From positions 80,129 through 100,128 of the forward strand of contig JBNGIO010005874.1 of assembly GCA_049999805.1 (NCBI GenBank): a stretch of DNA of 20,000 nt, in the 5' to 3' direction. Shown piece by piece: positions 1-10,360 of this stretch. This stretch comes from Folioceros fuciformis (Eukaryota). A program made the translations under genes and the position numbers. Every line of letters starts with the position of its first letter. The first letter of the stretch is position 1. The notes below the pieces were generated by a model. The model did no database searches. It was not told the DNA's origin and saw only the letters and a program-made list of their open reading frames with translations.

Positions 1-135
1 TTGGAGATAAAATCGCCATGCCATCCGCCTGTCAAAGTAGGGGGTTACTCGGAGCTCTAGTTTGGTAGACGGTACTTTTCCTCGTGGAGCGGAAATCGTG
101 AAGCAGAGCAATCGGAGCATAGTTGGAGCGCGACC

Positions 136-592
136 ATGGTGGCTGTCGCAACTCTCGTCGGCGGGGGGTTGGGGTTTGCTGCGCAGATTGTCTCCAATGG
201 CGTCCGGAAGCTTCCGTTGAGCAGGCGTATGCATCCCTGCAGTTTGCCGCTGGATCTGGCTGATATGTACTTGGTCGTCTGGAGGTTTTGCTCAAGGATG
301 CTGGTCTTTAGGGTTTAGAGTTCTGATCATTCAGGTGTTGCTTGCTCAGATCCATGGGAGCATGTTCTTGCATTTGGAGTGGGGGCCTACTTTGCGAATG
401 CTGTGGTGAAATGGGAAGACAGGGTGCAAGAGCGCCTGGAGGAGGCACTTGAGGAAGCCAGGACTTCCAACAAGAGGCGGTTTCGCGGTACACGATACCT
501 CTCACCCCTAGCTCTTGTGATTCCCGTTTATTGCGTGGCTTAAAGCTGAAGGCTGATCGTCATCTCGTACTGCTGCAGAGTTACAGCGGTAA
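136..592 (+). CDS. NDUFC2: Mitochondrial complex I (NADH:ubiquinone oxidoreductase) subunit B14.5b/NDUFC2, plant type; exons 136-226, 350-487, 579-592 (80 aa)
   Basis: Splicing the GT-AG intron 227-349 joins MVAVATLVGGGLGFAAQIVSNGVRKLPLSR to HPWEHVLAFGVGAYFANAVVKWEDRVQERLEEALEEARTSNKRRFR. This matches the recalled plant B14.5b pattern SNxxRKLPxxRHPWEH...VKW. A second intron, 488-578 (gtacac...ctgcag), gives the C-terminus ELQR* and is less certain; unspliced, the frame ends at TAA 541-543. Confidence 0.85.
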
Positions 593-1175
593 CCTGGCAG
601 CTGAGTGATCTGGTAGTAGAGGCAAGCGTGGCTTGTGAGTAGATCCGCAACCAAGTTTGTTACGGTTTTGGTGAAATCGCGTCACGCAGCCATGAATGTT
701 CTCCTTGGACAGTAGAGGTGCCAGCCAAGCACATTGTTCTCCGTCTCGTAGAAGATGCAGCCGGGCATCTGAATGGTTTTGTCGTGCAAGCGAGGGATTT
801 TGTGTGCTAGCTGCCGTGAAACTGGGCCTGAGCCAGCCAGCAACTGTCACTGCCTCTCGTTCTCGAATGCTAGAGCCCCGTCGCAGCAGGAGACACGCAG
901 ATTCGGGTGCATTGCAAAGGCAGCGCCTTCTGTTGCCTCGTTCGGAATACCTGCTGGCATGAAATCGCCTGAGCTCTCGGACTGTGACCTGATAGGAACA
1001 GAAAAATTAATATTTAGCCAGCCTCGTGAACGGCATTGTGAGATTATTAAGTGTGTCTCTTCCCTTGCAATGTTAACGGTAGCTTTCTCGCTTTTTCTGC
1101 AGATTCTGGACTGCCCGATGGATTCGTGTCGTCCAGCACTGTGACCAGGAGGAGGAAATAGAGTGCGAGTCTGTG

Positions 1176-3233
1176 ATGGCGCAGGCGGACCACCTCCTGG
1201 AGCAAGCGTATGACGACTCGGTCCTGCTCGCCAATTCTGAAAGGCGCAGTAGCAGGCTGCCTCTCTCGCACTCCGGTCCACTCACGAACGGATTGGGATT
1301 GTCTTCCCGACACCTCGCCCTGAAGTCGCAGAGTTGCAGGTTCACAGCCCGCCAAGCTGATATTGTGCGGGCACTCGAGGCCCGGGAGCAGAACAGGAGT
1401 TTTGGGCGTCACTCAGACCTTGTCAAGGCTCTCGAAGCTCGACAGAGGAACAGACTATCGTCACAATCCGGGTCGGTGACCAGCTCCGGGGCCGCGCCCG
1501 GGAAGAAGAGTAACGGAGTTGGTTCTGTTTCATTTGTCACCCCCTCGAAGCCGCAACAAGAACAACAGCAGGAGGAAGCACAAGTGCAAGAGAAGACCGC
1601 AGCAGCCCAAGTGCAAGGGCGAGAGAAGACTACAGCAGCTCAAGTGCAAGAGCTAGAGAAGACTGTAGCAGCCCAAGTGCAAGGGCGAGAGAAGACTGCA
1701 GCAGCCCAAGTTCAAGCGCAAGACAAGCCTGGACCAGCCCAAGCTCCAGCTCCAGCTCAAGCCGTCGTTGAGCCGCCCAAAGAGCCCAGAAAAAGTAACC
1801 TGAAGAGTTCCTCCCTCAAGCAACCTGCTGCTGCTTCTGCTGCAGCTGCACCAGAAGCTGCTCCCAGGGGTCGGGTGCTCATTCTTACAGCTCCGGAGTT
1901 GGATGTGAATCATCATCTAACAGGCAGCAGGCATCATGTTGACGAAGGTCATCATCTTCGAGCTTCTCCTTCTCAGCCCCTGGACGTCCGGGTTTCTCCT
2001 GCCCAGCCCGAGGGAGGGGCGAAGGAGGGAGGAGAGTCGGACTCTGCATCGCCGGGCCCAGGGCCTGAGTTGCCTCGCCTTTCAGAGACAGCGGTGGACT
2101 ATTCTCTTGCCAGCCCCCTTGACCTGGAACACTCGGAGCTCCTGGGTGCAGACCTCCAAGCCAGGTTTCAACTGCTGAAAGCGGACCATTACTCGGCATC
2201 ACTATCTTCCTCTCACACTGGGCCACCTCCTGCTTCCCCTACGTTGACACATCAGGTACAGGCCCTAAGATCTGGTTCAACGGGCCCGCTAGTCATTCGC
2301 CTTACATCGTCTGGATCCCCGTCTGCTTCTCAGTTGTCTGCACGAATATCGTCCCTCCAGCAGTCGTCAGGTAAACCTCCTCCCGCTGCCCCTGCTGCTC
2401 CTTCTCCTCCCTCTGCTCCCGGTGCTGCGGCTACTGCAAGAACACCTTCACCTCTTCCGCAAGCTCCTGCTATAGCTCCTTCTTCGCCTCCATCCGATGA
2501 TACCTCTTCTGCAAATACTTGCTGCTCCTGTCTGCCCTCATGTTTGAAGCAAAAGGATCGCAAGCCTTCAACTGCTGACCCTCTCCCAAATTCTCTTCTC
2601 CCTTCTCCGTCTCACCCGTCTCCTCCCTCATCTCTCCACAAGCAGCTCCAAACGCCTTTTGCAACTTCAAACAAACACGTGGCCGTGGCTCCTAAGGAGG
2701 AGGAGCCTTACAGGCACGAGGTTGACTCGGCAGCGGCATCTCTACAAACCCAAGATTTCCTGCAAAGCGTTACAGACGAAGTCCAGCAGCAGGATGGGGA
2801 GGAGGAGGAGGACGAGCAGGATTGGGAGGACGACATAGCAGTCATGAAGGACAACGTTCATGGACCCAAAATCCTCAAGACGTTTTCTTTGAAGGATATG
2901 AACAAGGAGTTGAGCAAGGCCACCCTTGACGAGGCATCCCTGGCCAGGGAGGCACAAAAGCTGGTTCAGCAGGCCCTGGATGGTGATTTAGCAGATGGAG
3001 AGTTGCACAACGTCAAGAGGCGTCACATGAGATCTAAGAGCTTCCATGTCAAGGGCATGGGCAATGGTAGCAACGGTAGTGGCAATGGCAGAAACCCAAA
3101 TGACAATGGCCACGCCAGTGGCAGTGGGTTTAGTGAGTCAGAAGGCCAGGAGAGCATGGATGAGGACCAGGAGGATGACTCCGATGGTGCCGAGCAAAGG
3201 AGGAAAAAGGCAAAGAGGAGAGCCAGGAGGTGA
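1176..3233 (+). CDS. Uncharacterised ~685-aa Ser/Pro/Ala/Gln-rich, largely disordered protein with acidic tracts and a basic C-terminus (NLS-like RRKKAKRRARR)
   Basis: 2-kb uninterrupted ORF; first ATG at 1176 (the ORF-track start at 1173 is GTG). It has in-frame codon-multiple repeats and a candidate 5'UTR splice acceptor (ctttttctgcag, ending 1102). No family recognised. Confidence 0.7.
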   Translation: MAQADHLLEQAYDDSVLLANSERRSSRLPLSHSGPLTNGLGLSSRHLALKSQSCRFTARQADIVRALEAREQNRSFGRHSDLVKALEARQRNRLSSQSGSVTSSGAAPGKKSNGVGSVSFVTPSKPQQEQQQEEAQVQEKTAAAQVQGREKTTAAQVQELEKTVAAQVQGREKTAAAQVQAQDKPGPAQAPAPAQAVVEPPKEPRKSNLKSSSLKQPAAASAAAAPEAAPRGRVLILTAPELDVNHHLTGSRHHVDEGHHLRASPSQPLDVRVSPAQPEGGAKEGGESDSASPGPGPELPRLSETAVDYSLASPLDLEHSELLGADLQARFQLLKADHYSASLSSSHTGPPPASPTLTHQVQALRSGSTGPLVIRLTSSGSPSASQLSARISSLQQSSGKPPPAAPAAPSPPSAPGAAATARTPSPLPQAPAIAPSSPPSDDTSSANTCCSCLPSCLKQKDRKPSTADPLPNSLLPSPSHPSPPSSLHKQLQTPFATSNKHVAVAPKEEEPYRHEVDSAAASLQTQDFLQSVTDEVQQQDGEEEEDEQDWEDDIAVMKDNVHGPKILKTFSLKDMNKELSKATLDEASLAREAQKLVQQALDGDLADGELHNVKRRHMRSKSFHVKGMGNGSNGSGNGRNPNDNGHASGSGFSESEGQESMDEDQEDDSDGAEQRRKKAKRRARR
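1578..1727 (+). repeat. Coding tandem repeat, 33-bp/11-aa unit AQVQ(GR/EL)EKTxA, about 4.5 copies
   Basis: AQVQEKTAA-AQVQGREKTTA-AQVQELEKTVA-AQVQGREKTAA-AQVQAQDK read directly from the sequence. Confidence 0.9.
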
Positions 3234-3830
3234 AACTCCATGTGACGTGGAGGAGATCATGCAACTGTCGGCTTTTATGTGTTTTCAGGACATCTGGAGC
3301 GCTCCTGGTCATCTCGTATGACATCGAAGCACCTGTTCATGCCAGCCTAGGAGACTGTCACGATCATGTCACGTGTATGGAGCTGGGAGTACAGACTGCG
3401 TCAGTTTTACGACATTTTTGAACAATATATACTAACCTAGAACAATGCTGATAGCTGAAAGTATACGGTATTGGGACTTTTGTTAAAAATATGAGGACAT
3501 CTAGCTACTGGTGTACATGGATCTGCACTAGCCGAGCACTTTGTGCAAAAATTCGTTTCAGTATCGGAAAGCCAAGACAAACTTCCCGTCCGATGGACTC
3601 CGACTAGAGGTGAGGAGACCGCGTGACCACCGGGTCCCCAGGCACAACTTGAGGCAATGCTCTTAAGAACAATCCGTTTCCGGCCTTCGGGATCTTGGCA
3701 GACCAACTGCTCGGCTGCAATCGAGCCCAGACAATATTAGGGGAGTCGCTTGCACAGATCTGCAGCAAGCCGGAAGTGTGCTAATAGCTGACGACAGGTG
3801 ACTTGGGATCTTTGTGCCAGCTGAAACACA

Positions 3831-4052
3831 TTTGCACCCGGACAGAGTGTCATGTCTCTTCTTCGCAACCAGAAAGAGTGTCATGTCTGTCCTTTGCACC
3901 CAGAACAAGTGAGTGTCGGGTCTTTTCTTTGCACCCAGAAAGGGTGTCGGGCTCCCAGGACGAGTGTCGTGTCGTTTCCTTGCACCCTGAAGCACTGCCA
4001 TGTCTTTTCTTTGCTCAAGGAAGAGTGTCATGTCTTTTCTTCGTTCCAAGGA
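3831..4052. repeat. Degenerate ~31-bp minisatellite, about 7 units (consensus gagtgtcatgtcttttctttgcacccagaaa)
   Basis: Unit starts at 3845, 3876, 3911, 3942 (truncated), 3962, 3993 and 4023. Confidence 0.85.
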
Positions 4053-4476
4053 GCCACTTCTAACACAGCCTACCTTCTGTCCTGTTGTCGGCAAGGAGCG
4101 AATTCCAGAGATCAACAAATCGTACCTGTTAACTGAACGATGCAAACAGTTGTCACTGAAAAGTGCTGAACGGGCACCACGGACCAGCACTGCCGCTGGA
4201 ACAGGAACAGCCCTGCGGCCAAGTCTTCGGCTCAGGCAGAACGGCATGCATCTGCATGCCAACAAATCGACGAAATTTCACTATTATTGTTGAAGCCAAG
4301 ACAGGAGGGAGACCAGGGCATGGGTATGGGTGACGGTATTCACTTACAGCTGTCGTTCCTGCTTCAGACCGAGCATTCCTAAAAGTTGCTCGAAACCTCA
4401 AAACTGCATCGTGCGTGCGATGAATAGGTTTGCACAACGGGAATCGGGGTCCTCTCATTGACTTCGTTAGGTTATA

Positions 4477-4574
4477 CTCCTGCCCATCATCATCAGATAT
4501 GCCTGCCTGTCATGAGCACAGATGTTGCATAATCATCCTGCCGTGTTGAGGAGAAAGGCTCTTTCAGCTTTTGC
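4477..4574 (-). pseudogene. Eroded remnant of DYW domain N-terminal part downstream of the PPR stop codon
   Basis: After I*, shifted frames read A-KLKEPFSSTRQDDYA and ISDDDGQE. These resemble the DYW consensus IYAKLxxL...MKEEGYVP...DIxDxxKE. Confidence 0.5.
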
Positions 4575-7500
4575 TCAGATACCACGATGCTTCCTGTCCT
4601 CGACCAAGAAACTATGCACGAATCCGTCCATATCGGTCCACCAGCTCTGGCCCGGCTCCTTCCATGCCCTAATGCCTTTCCTCCTTGCCTGCAACTCCTG
4701 TGCCTGTTCCCACATCTGGCCATCACAGTACAAGTTTGACATCAAGACGTACGCTGCAGCATCTTTTGTATCTAGCTTCATTGCTTCATCAAAAGCCTCG
4801 CGTCCCACCTCCACGTTGGTCCACTTTCGACAAGCACTCAGCAGAGTATGCCATACTGTAGCGTCAGCGGAAACTGTCATTTTCCTTACTAGAGCTAACG
4901 CATCGTCCAGATGCCCTGCACGACCTAGAAGGTCCACCATTCCCGTGTAGTGGTCCACTGTAGGGTTGATGCCGTAGTGCCTGCTCATAGCTTCAAAGTA
5001 CTCCCGCCCCTTGGTCACAAGACCAGTATGACTGCATGCCATTAGTATACTAAGGAATGTGACGCTGTCAGGCAGGATGCCATCCTCTTCCATTCTGGCA
5101 ACCAAGTCAAAGACCAGTTCAGAGTTTCCTTGACGCGTGTAGCCGGCAATCAGCGCATTCCATGCAACGCTGTCTCTCGCAGACGATGTGTCGAACACTT
5201 CCTGCGCTTCCACCATACTGCCACATTTTCCGTACATGTTTATCAAACTCCCTGTCACAAGGACATCAGTTTGAAGCCCTTCTCTTTTAATCTGCGCATG
5301 AAGCTGCCTACCAAGATGCAAAGCTGCCACGTTTGCACATGCCTGCAGGAGGCACACAAATGTCACAGAATTGGGTGCAACAAGGCCTTCGTCTTGCATG
5401 GCGCTGTAAAGACGAAGGGCTTCCTGCTCCATACCCTGTTGCGCATATCCTGCGATCATGGTACTCCACGTTACTACATTTTTTTCACTTAGTCCATTGA
5501 ACACTTCGCGGGCATCCTCTAGGCTGCTACATTTTGCATACATGTTTACCAAACTGCTAGCTACAAACACATCAGCCTGAAGTCCTTGTTCTCTAATTTG
5601 TGCATGAAGTTGTTCTCCGTCCTGCAAAGCCGGCGCACCGAGGCTAGCACAGGCTTGCAGAAGGCACACAAATGTTACAGAGTCGGGTGCAGCTAAACTG
5701 CCCATAGCCCTGTAGACATCAAGGGCTTCCTGCCCCATGCCCTGATGGGAATATCCTGCAATCATGGCATTCCATGTCACCACATCTTTCTCAGCGAGGC
5801 CATCAAACACCACCTGAGCATCCTCAAGGCTGCCGCACTTTGCGTACATGTTTACCAAGCTGTTGGCTACAAAGACGTCAGCCTGAAGCCCTTGCTCCCT
5901 AATTTGCCCATGAAGCTGCCTTCCCTTCTCCAAGGCTTGGGTGCCTACACTTGCACATGCCTGCAGCAGAGACACAAACGTCACAGAATTGGGTGCAGCC
6001 AAGTCTTCTTGTTGCATAGCCATGAAGAGACGAAGGGCTTCGGGTCCCATACCCTGCTGGGCATATCCTGCTATCATGGCATTCCACGTGACGACATCTT
6101 TATGTGGAAGGTCATCGAACACGCTCTGTGCGTGCTTGAGGCTCCCACACTTGGCATACATGTTCAGCAAGCTGTTTGCTACGAACACATCAGCCTGAAG
6201 CCCTCTGTCTCTTATTTCTGCATGAAGCTGCTTCCCCTTGTCCAGAGCTGTGGTGCCCACACTTGCACATGCCTGTAGAAGGGACACAAACGTCACAGAA
6301 TTGGGTGCAGCCATGCCTTCTTCCTGCATAGCATTGAGGAGATGAAGGGCATCCGTCCCCATTCCTTTCTGTGAATATCCAGCTATCATGGCATTCCAAG
6401 TCACGACATCTTTCCTGGGAAGTCCATCGAAGACAGCCTGCGCATCACTTAGGCTGCCACACTTCGCGTACATGGTTACCAAACTATTGGCGACAAACAC
6501 ATCTGCTTCAATTCCTTGCTCTGTAATCTGCACATTGAGCTGTTTCCCTTGCTCCAAGGCCAGAGCGCCAAGACTTCCACACGCCTGCAGGACGCACACA
6601 AAAGTCACAGAGTTGGGCGTAACAACCCCTTCTTCTTGCATATCTCTGTAGAGATGAAGCGCTTCCTGCCCCATACCTTGCTGGGAGAATCCCCCTATCA
6701 TGGCATTCCACAAGACCACATTCTTATGAGAAGTTCCGTCAAATGCAACCCGAGCATCCTCTATGCTGCCACACTTTGCATACATGTTGACTAAGCTGCT
6801 CGCTACAAAGACGTCGCCTTGAAATCCTTGCTCTCTAATTTGTGCATGAAGCTGCCTTCCCTTTCCCAAAGCCGGAGTGCCCACAATAGCACATGCCTGC
6901 AAGAGGCACACAAAGGTCACAGAGTCAAGCTCAAGGACCCCTTCCGCATGCATTTCCCGGTGCAGCAGAAGAGCTTTCTGCCCCATACCCTGCTTGGAAT
7001 ACCCTGCTATCATCGCACTCCAAGTCACCAAATCCTTACGAGGAAGCCCGTCAAACACTCTTTGGGCATCTTTCAAGCTGCCACACTTGGCATACATGTC
7101 CACAAGGCAACTACAAACAAACAAATCCCGCTCAGCGCCAGCAGCCAACACATCAGCATGCACCTGCTGCCCAGACTTCAAATCGGCCCCCCTTGCACAA
7201 GCCTGCAGGGCTGCTACAAACACATACCCATCCGGCTTCACGCTTGACCTGCACATATCATGATACAATTCTACAGCCCGAGTATCCTGCCCCTGTCTAA
7301 CATGTGCAGAAATGATAGCAGACCACGTGAAGGTATCTGGTTTGGGAACCAGCGCGAACACATCCATGGCTTCTTGCAACCTGGCATGAGAGGCATACAT
7401 TCGCATGATGTTATTGCACAAGAACGTGTCCGACTCATATCCGACCTGCACGCTGAGAGCATGGACTCGGCGACCCAGAACCAGATCCTTCTTCGCCACA

Positions 7501-7943
7501 CACTCCTTCAGCACCCAATAAATCAGAGATACCGAGATGCGACAGTCCGCGTCCACCATAATTCCCAGAGCCTCAACTGCCTCAGCGAGCCGCCCCTCCT
7601 GACATAGTCTGCTCACGGTATCACCAGTCACCTCCCTTTGATATCCTGCATGCCACTGGGGGTGAAGTAAACGCTGCATGCTACAGGTGGAAGACATTGC
7701 ACGACCCATACTCCTATCCACAGCAGCCAGCTCCGCATTTACCACACATCCTCTGAGGTGGGCTGGCTTTCTTGCAATGCTGCTAAATCTCGTGGCTTCG
7801 TTGTTGGCTAGTGGAATCAAGTGAGCAGGGGATCTGCCTGGAATGCCTGTGAGCTCAGCACTTCGTGGAGTCCACAGGAGAATTTCCCAAAACGTGTCCT
7901 GTTGCCCCTTTCGGGGCTCGATTGCCACGCTCGGCACAGCCAT
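4575..7943 (-). CDS. PLS-class pentatricopeptide repeat protein (E+, truncated DYW:WW type), putative organellar C-to-U RNA-editing specificity factor; ~27 PPR motifs + E1 + E2 + PG box
   Basis: Intronless ORF of P-L-S triplets (five with a 37-aa LL motif), then P2-L2-S2, E1 (DATVWHTLLSACRKW), E2 (DAAAYVLMSNLY) and KEPGQSWWTD. ATG at 7943 chosen because the track start is TTG and MAVPSVAIEPRKGQQDTFW aligns with the paralog N-terminus. Confidence 0.95.
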   Translation of the reverse strand: MAVPSVAIEPRKGQQDTFWEILLWTPRSAELTGIPGRSPAHLIPLANNEATRFSSIARKPAHLRGCVVNAELAAVDRSMGRAMSSTCSMQRLLHPQWHAGYQREVTGDTVSRLCQEGRLAEAVEALGIMVDADCRISVSLIYWVLKECVAKKDLVLGRRVHALSVQVGYESDTFLCNNIMRMYASHARLQEAMDVFALVPKPDTFTWSAIISAHVRQGQDTRAVELYHDMCRSSVKPDGYVFVAALQACARGADLKSGQQVHADVLAAGAERDLFVCSCLVDMYAKCGSLKDAQRVFDGLPRKDLVTWSAMIAGYSKQGMGQKALLLHREMHAEGVLELDSVTFVCLLQACAIVGTPALGKGRQLHAQIREQGFQGDVFVASSLVNMYAKCGSIEDARVAFDGTSHKNVVLWNAMIGGFSQQGMGQEALHLYRDMQEEGVVTPNSVTFVCVLQACGSLGALALEQGKQLNVQITEQGIEADVFVANSLVTMYAKCGSLSDAQAVFDGLPRKDVVTWNAMIAGYSQKGMGTDALHLLNAMQEEGMAAPNSVTFVSLLQACASVGTTALDKGKQLHAEIRDRGLQADVFVANSLLNMYAKCGSLKHAQSVFDDLPHKDVVTWNAMIAGYAQQGMGPEALRLFMAMQQEDLAAPNSVTFVSLLQACASVGTQALEKGRQLHGQIREQGLQADVFVANSLVNMYAKCGSLEDAQVVFDGLAEKDVVTWNAMIAGYSHQGMGQEALDVYRAMGSLAAPDSVTFVCLLQACASLGAPALQDGEQLHAQIREQGLQADVFVASSLVNMYAKCSSLEDAREVFNGLSEKNVVTWSTMIAGYAQQGMEQEALRLYSAMQDEGLVAPNSVTFVCLLQACANVAALHLGRQLHAQIKREGLQTDVLVTGSLINMYGKCGSMVEAQEVFDTSSARDSVAWNALIAGYTRQGNSELVFDLVARMEEDGILPDSVTFLSILMACSHTGLVTKGREYFEAMSRHYGINPTVDHYTGMVDLLGRAGHLDDALALVRKMTVSADATVWHTLLSACRKWTNVEVGREAFDEAMKLDTKDAAAYVLMSNLYCDGQMWEQAQELQARRKGIRAWKEPGQSWWTDMDGFVHSFLVEDRKHRGI

Positions 7944-8689
7944 AGCTCGCAGCAGCAAGCGCTACAGCCGACGGCCGTTCGAGATGGCGTGCAGGTACTT
8001 ACATCCCTGCATGCATCAGGTCACAGAATTGGAGTTCGATTTCCTTCCATTCACGAGCGACCGCGCGGAGGAATCGGGCAATTCGGCATCACAGAGTCTG
8101 ATGACGCCACTGCTAGAGATCCGATCCGCAGATGTCTGATTCCTAGTATTCTGTGCTAACCAAGCTTCCATTTCTCCAACAACACACATTTAATGAGTAA
8201 AACACTGTGGTTTCGATCCCTGCCTCCTGCAAGGGGAGCGGGAAGGCAGAGGCAGAGGGTGCGGTGCCGGTCGGTCGTTTCCAGGTGAGGCTGTGAAGGA
8301 GGCTTCCGTGCCTCAGGATGGCGTCCAGGAATGTAATGTCTTCCGCGCAGCTTGGGCTGACTTCGGGCTTGAAGGCCATCAACCAGGAGAAGCCCGAGGT
8401 AGAAAGAGTTCTGCTCAGCACATTCATTGGTTTGAATCCTTGCGCCGGTACGTGAATGTGTGTTGATGTGATGTTGCGAGGTTTGCGTGCGATCTGTCAT
8501 TGCAGGCGATTAGCAGCGTGGCCGCGTGTTTTTAGATGTGCGATCTGTCACTCCTGCTTGTGATGCAACCGTGGGAAGCGATTTCTGCTTGAAACACCTG
8601 AGAGGTGGTCCGGCTGTGTGGGAAACCTTCTCCGAGTCTGACGCTCAATTGGAGATGCAGAAACGCTAGTTCGCTTTCCTGTAGTGTCA

Positions 8690-8945
8690 TTCAGTATGGC
8701 CACTGCCAGGGTAGCAGATTTGCAGTACAAGAGGAGTCGTCAAGGGGGAGTGGAACGGTGGCTTGACTGGTCTGTCTCTTCTTTGTCCTTGATGTTTTCC
8801 TCGGTAGTGTACTGAGGAAGTGCAGAGTCCTTGATCTCTTGCAGGATGAGTATGTCAGGATTGAATCGGTTTCTGTGCGAGTCCATCAGCGGTTTGATGT
8901 GTTCTCTGACCCGTGGCTGGTGCTGCAGGGTTGCAATGCGAGTCC
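8690..8945 (-). mobile_element. Degenerate LINE (L1/Tx1-like) APE endonuclease fragment
   Basis: Three motifs occur in the order expected for the EEP/APE domain: RIATL (near 8940), NPDILILQEIK (8830-8862) and LAVAIL (~8692-8709, different frame). The conserved N of motif I is missing. Confidence 0.5.
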
Positions 8946-9216
8946 GTATGGGGTAACCTGTCTGACCGAGGGTAACTTGTGCTGAAGATGTTGTGAAAGC
9001 TTTGACGGCACGTCTTGGTGCTTTGGAGGCCTGAACCCTGTAAATGTTCGGGTATATGTTGTTCATCTGTACTCATGTTATGAAATTGTGCTTTGGTGTC
9101 CGCATCGGACTCAGGCTTCCCCTGTCCCAGGCATATGCGCCCCCTAGCTGTCCATATTCGGGGGGGATCGTTTCACCCAGCTGGTACGCCGGGTGCCTCT
9201 GCCCTGACTCGCCAAT

Positions 9217-9801
9217 GTGGGGATCTCTCCTCCCCGTGGGAAGCAGCTGATGTGTTACTCAACAGACCAGCTTCTGGCCTTCAATCAGAAGGCAATGGAG
9301 CTCAGGTTGCAAGCAGTCCGGGGATTGGACATCGAAGGGTTGTCCATCTCGATGACAGCACAGGTTCTGCGGATGTGGTCCGGAGGACCGTGGGCGCAGC
9401 CTCCTTTGCAGCGATTTCTGCCCACACCTACAAGCCTCCTCCGCAGCCTTTGGACAGGTCTGTGGCGGAAACAGCCCTGGTCGGTTCTTTGGGAGCAGTA
9501 GTTTCTCGAGGTATTAGGTTCATTTTAACCTGGTTCGTTTCCATGCAGGCCAACAATAAATCCAGCATGGGTGACAAGTGGAGTTTTGCTTACAGCTGTA
9601 GCTGGGATTGCTTGGTTTATCCACCAGTCAGAGACATATGCCCGGCAACAACTCCTGAACGAGCGGACTGAGGACGTGATAACCCCCCCGCCATCACCAG
9701 AAATGCTGGAGCGCTATGAAAGAGCACTGGCATCCGTTGAGCAAACTGGGATGATCAATAGGGCTGTAGCTGCTCTTCGCTCCAACAATTTCATCAAGTG
9801 A
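9217..9801 (+). other. Possible interrupted or spliced small membrane-protein gene of unknown function
   Basis: Same-frame ORFs 9217-9501 and 9571-9801, plus hydrophobic segments (TALVGSLGAVVSRGIRFILTWF in another frame; VTSGVLLTAVAGIAWFI followed by a helical tail). No consistent gene model was built. Confidence 0.25.
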
Positions 9802-9942
9802 GTGCACGATGGTGGATTCTCGAGAATTCACGCCTTCGTGTGGTTTTTCCATCAGCTGCAATGTGCTCGATACATTATTGTATTGCCAGTTTCCGGTGTG
9901 TGGGTTTCGCTTGTTTCTGATCGTTTTCTTGCAAGTTGCCTC

Positions 9943-9952
9943 NNNNNNNNNN
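9943..9952. other. Assembly gap (10 N)
   Basis: Run of 10 n in the sequence. Confidence 1.
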
Positions 9953-10360
9953 AGACACGATGTTGAAGCACAACGAAATGCAAGATCTCAGATCAGAAGT
10001 CGAAAGACGTCGTGAGATCTGTGGATGACAATGTCTGCGTCTTGAGCTCTCCGGTGGCAGGCAAGCATGGACTATTTATGTCAGGTTTCTTACGCGGTGA
10101 CAGCTCTCCTTACTCTTTCACGTATCGGCCACGTTTTGACCGGGTGCGCACACGCAAATAATATTGACCGAACTTTTTTTTCCTCAAGTTAATTTATAAT
10201 TCAGTAAAAAAACCATCACTTTTATAAATCTTAGAATCTTGGAATCTTGGATTTTTCTCTCAGAAAAAAAAATTTAAAAACCATTTTTCTTATAAATAAA
10301 TATTCAAAAAAGCCAGTTTTTTCATAAACTAAGATTCCGTGTGCTACGTTTTTTTCCGTA

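Noticed and set aside
3230..3421. Extra exon of the 685-aa gene via intron 3230-3288
   Set aside because: GT/AG sites exist, but the intron would be only 59 nt and the extension has no recognisable features; unresolved without RNA data.
3831..4052. CRISPR-like array or coding repeat
   Set aside because: Degenerate head-to-tail units, period mostly not a multiple of 3, no spacers.
4575..4660. U-to-C editing factor (DYW:KP type)
   Set aside because: The box reads PGQSWWTD (WW type), not the KP-type signature, and no catalytic domain is retained.
4522..7607. Many plus-strand ORFs antisense to the left PPR gene (and minus-strand ORFs within the right one)
   Set aside because: Shadow ORFs produced by the repetitive PPR codon structure.
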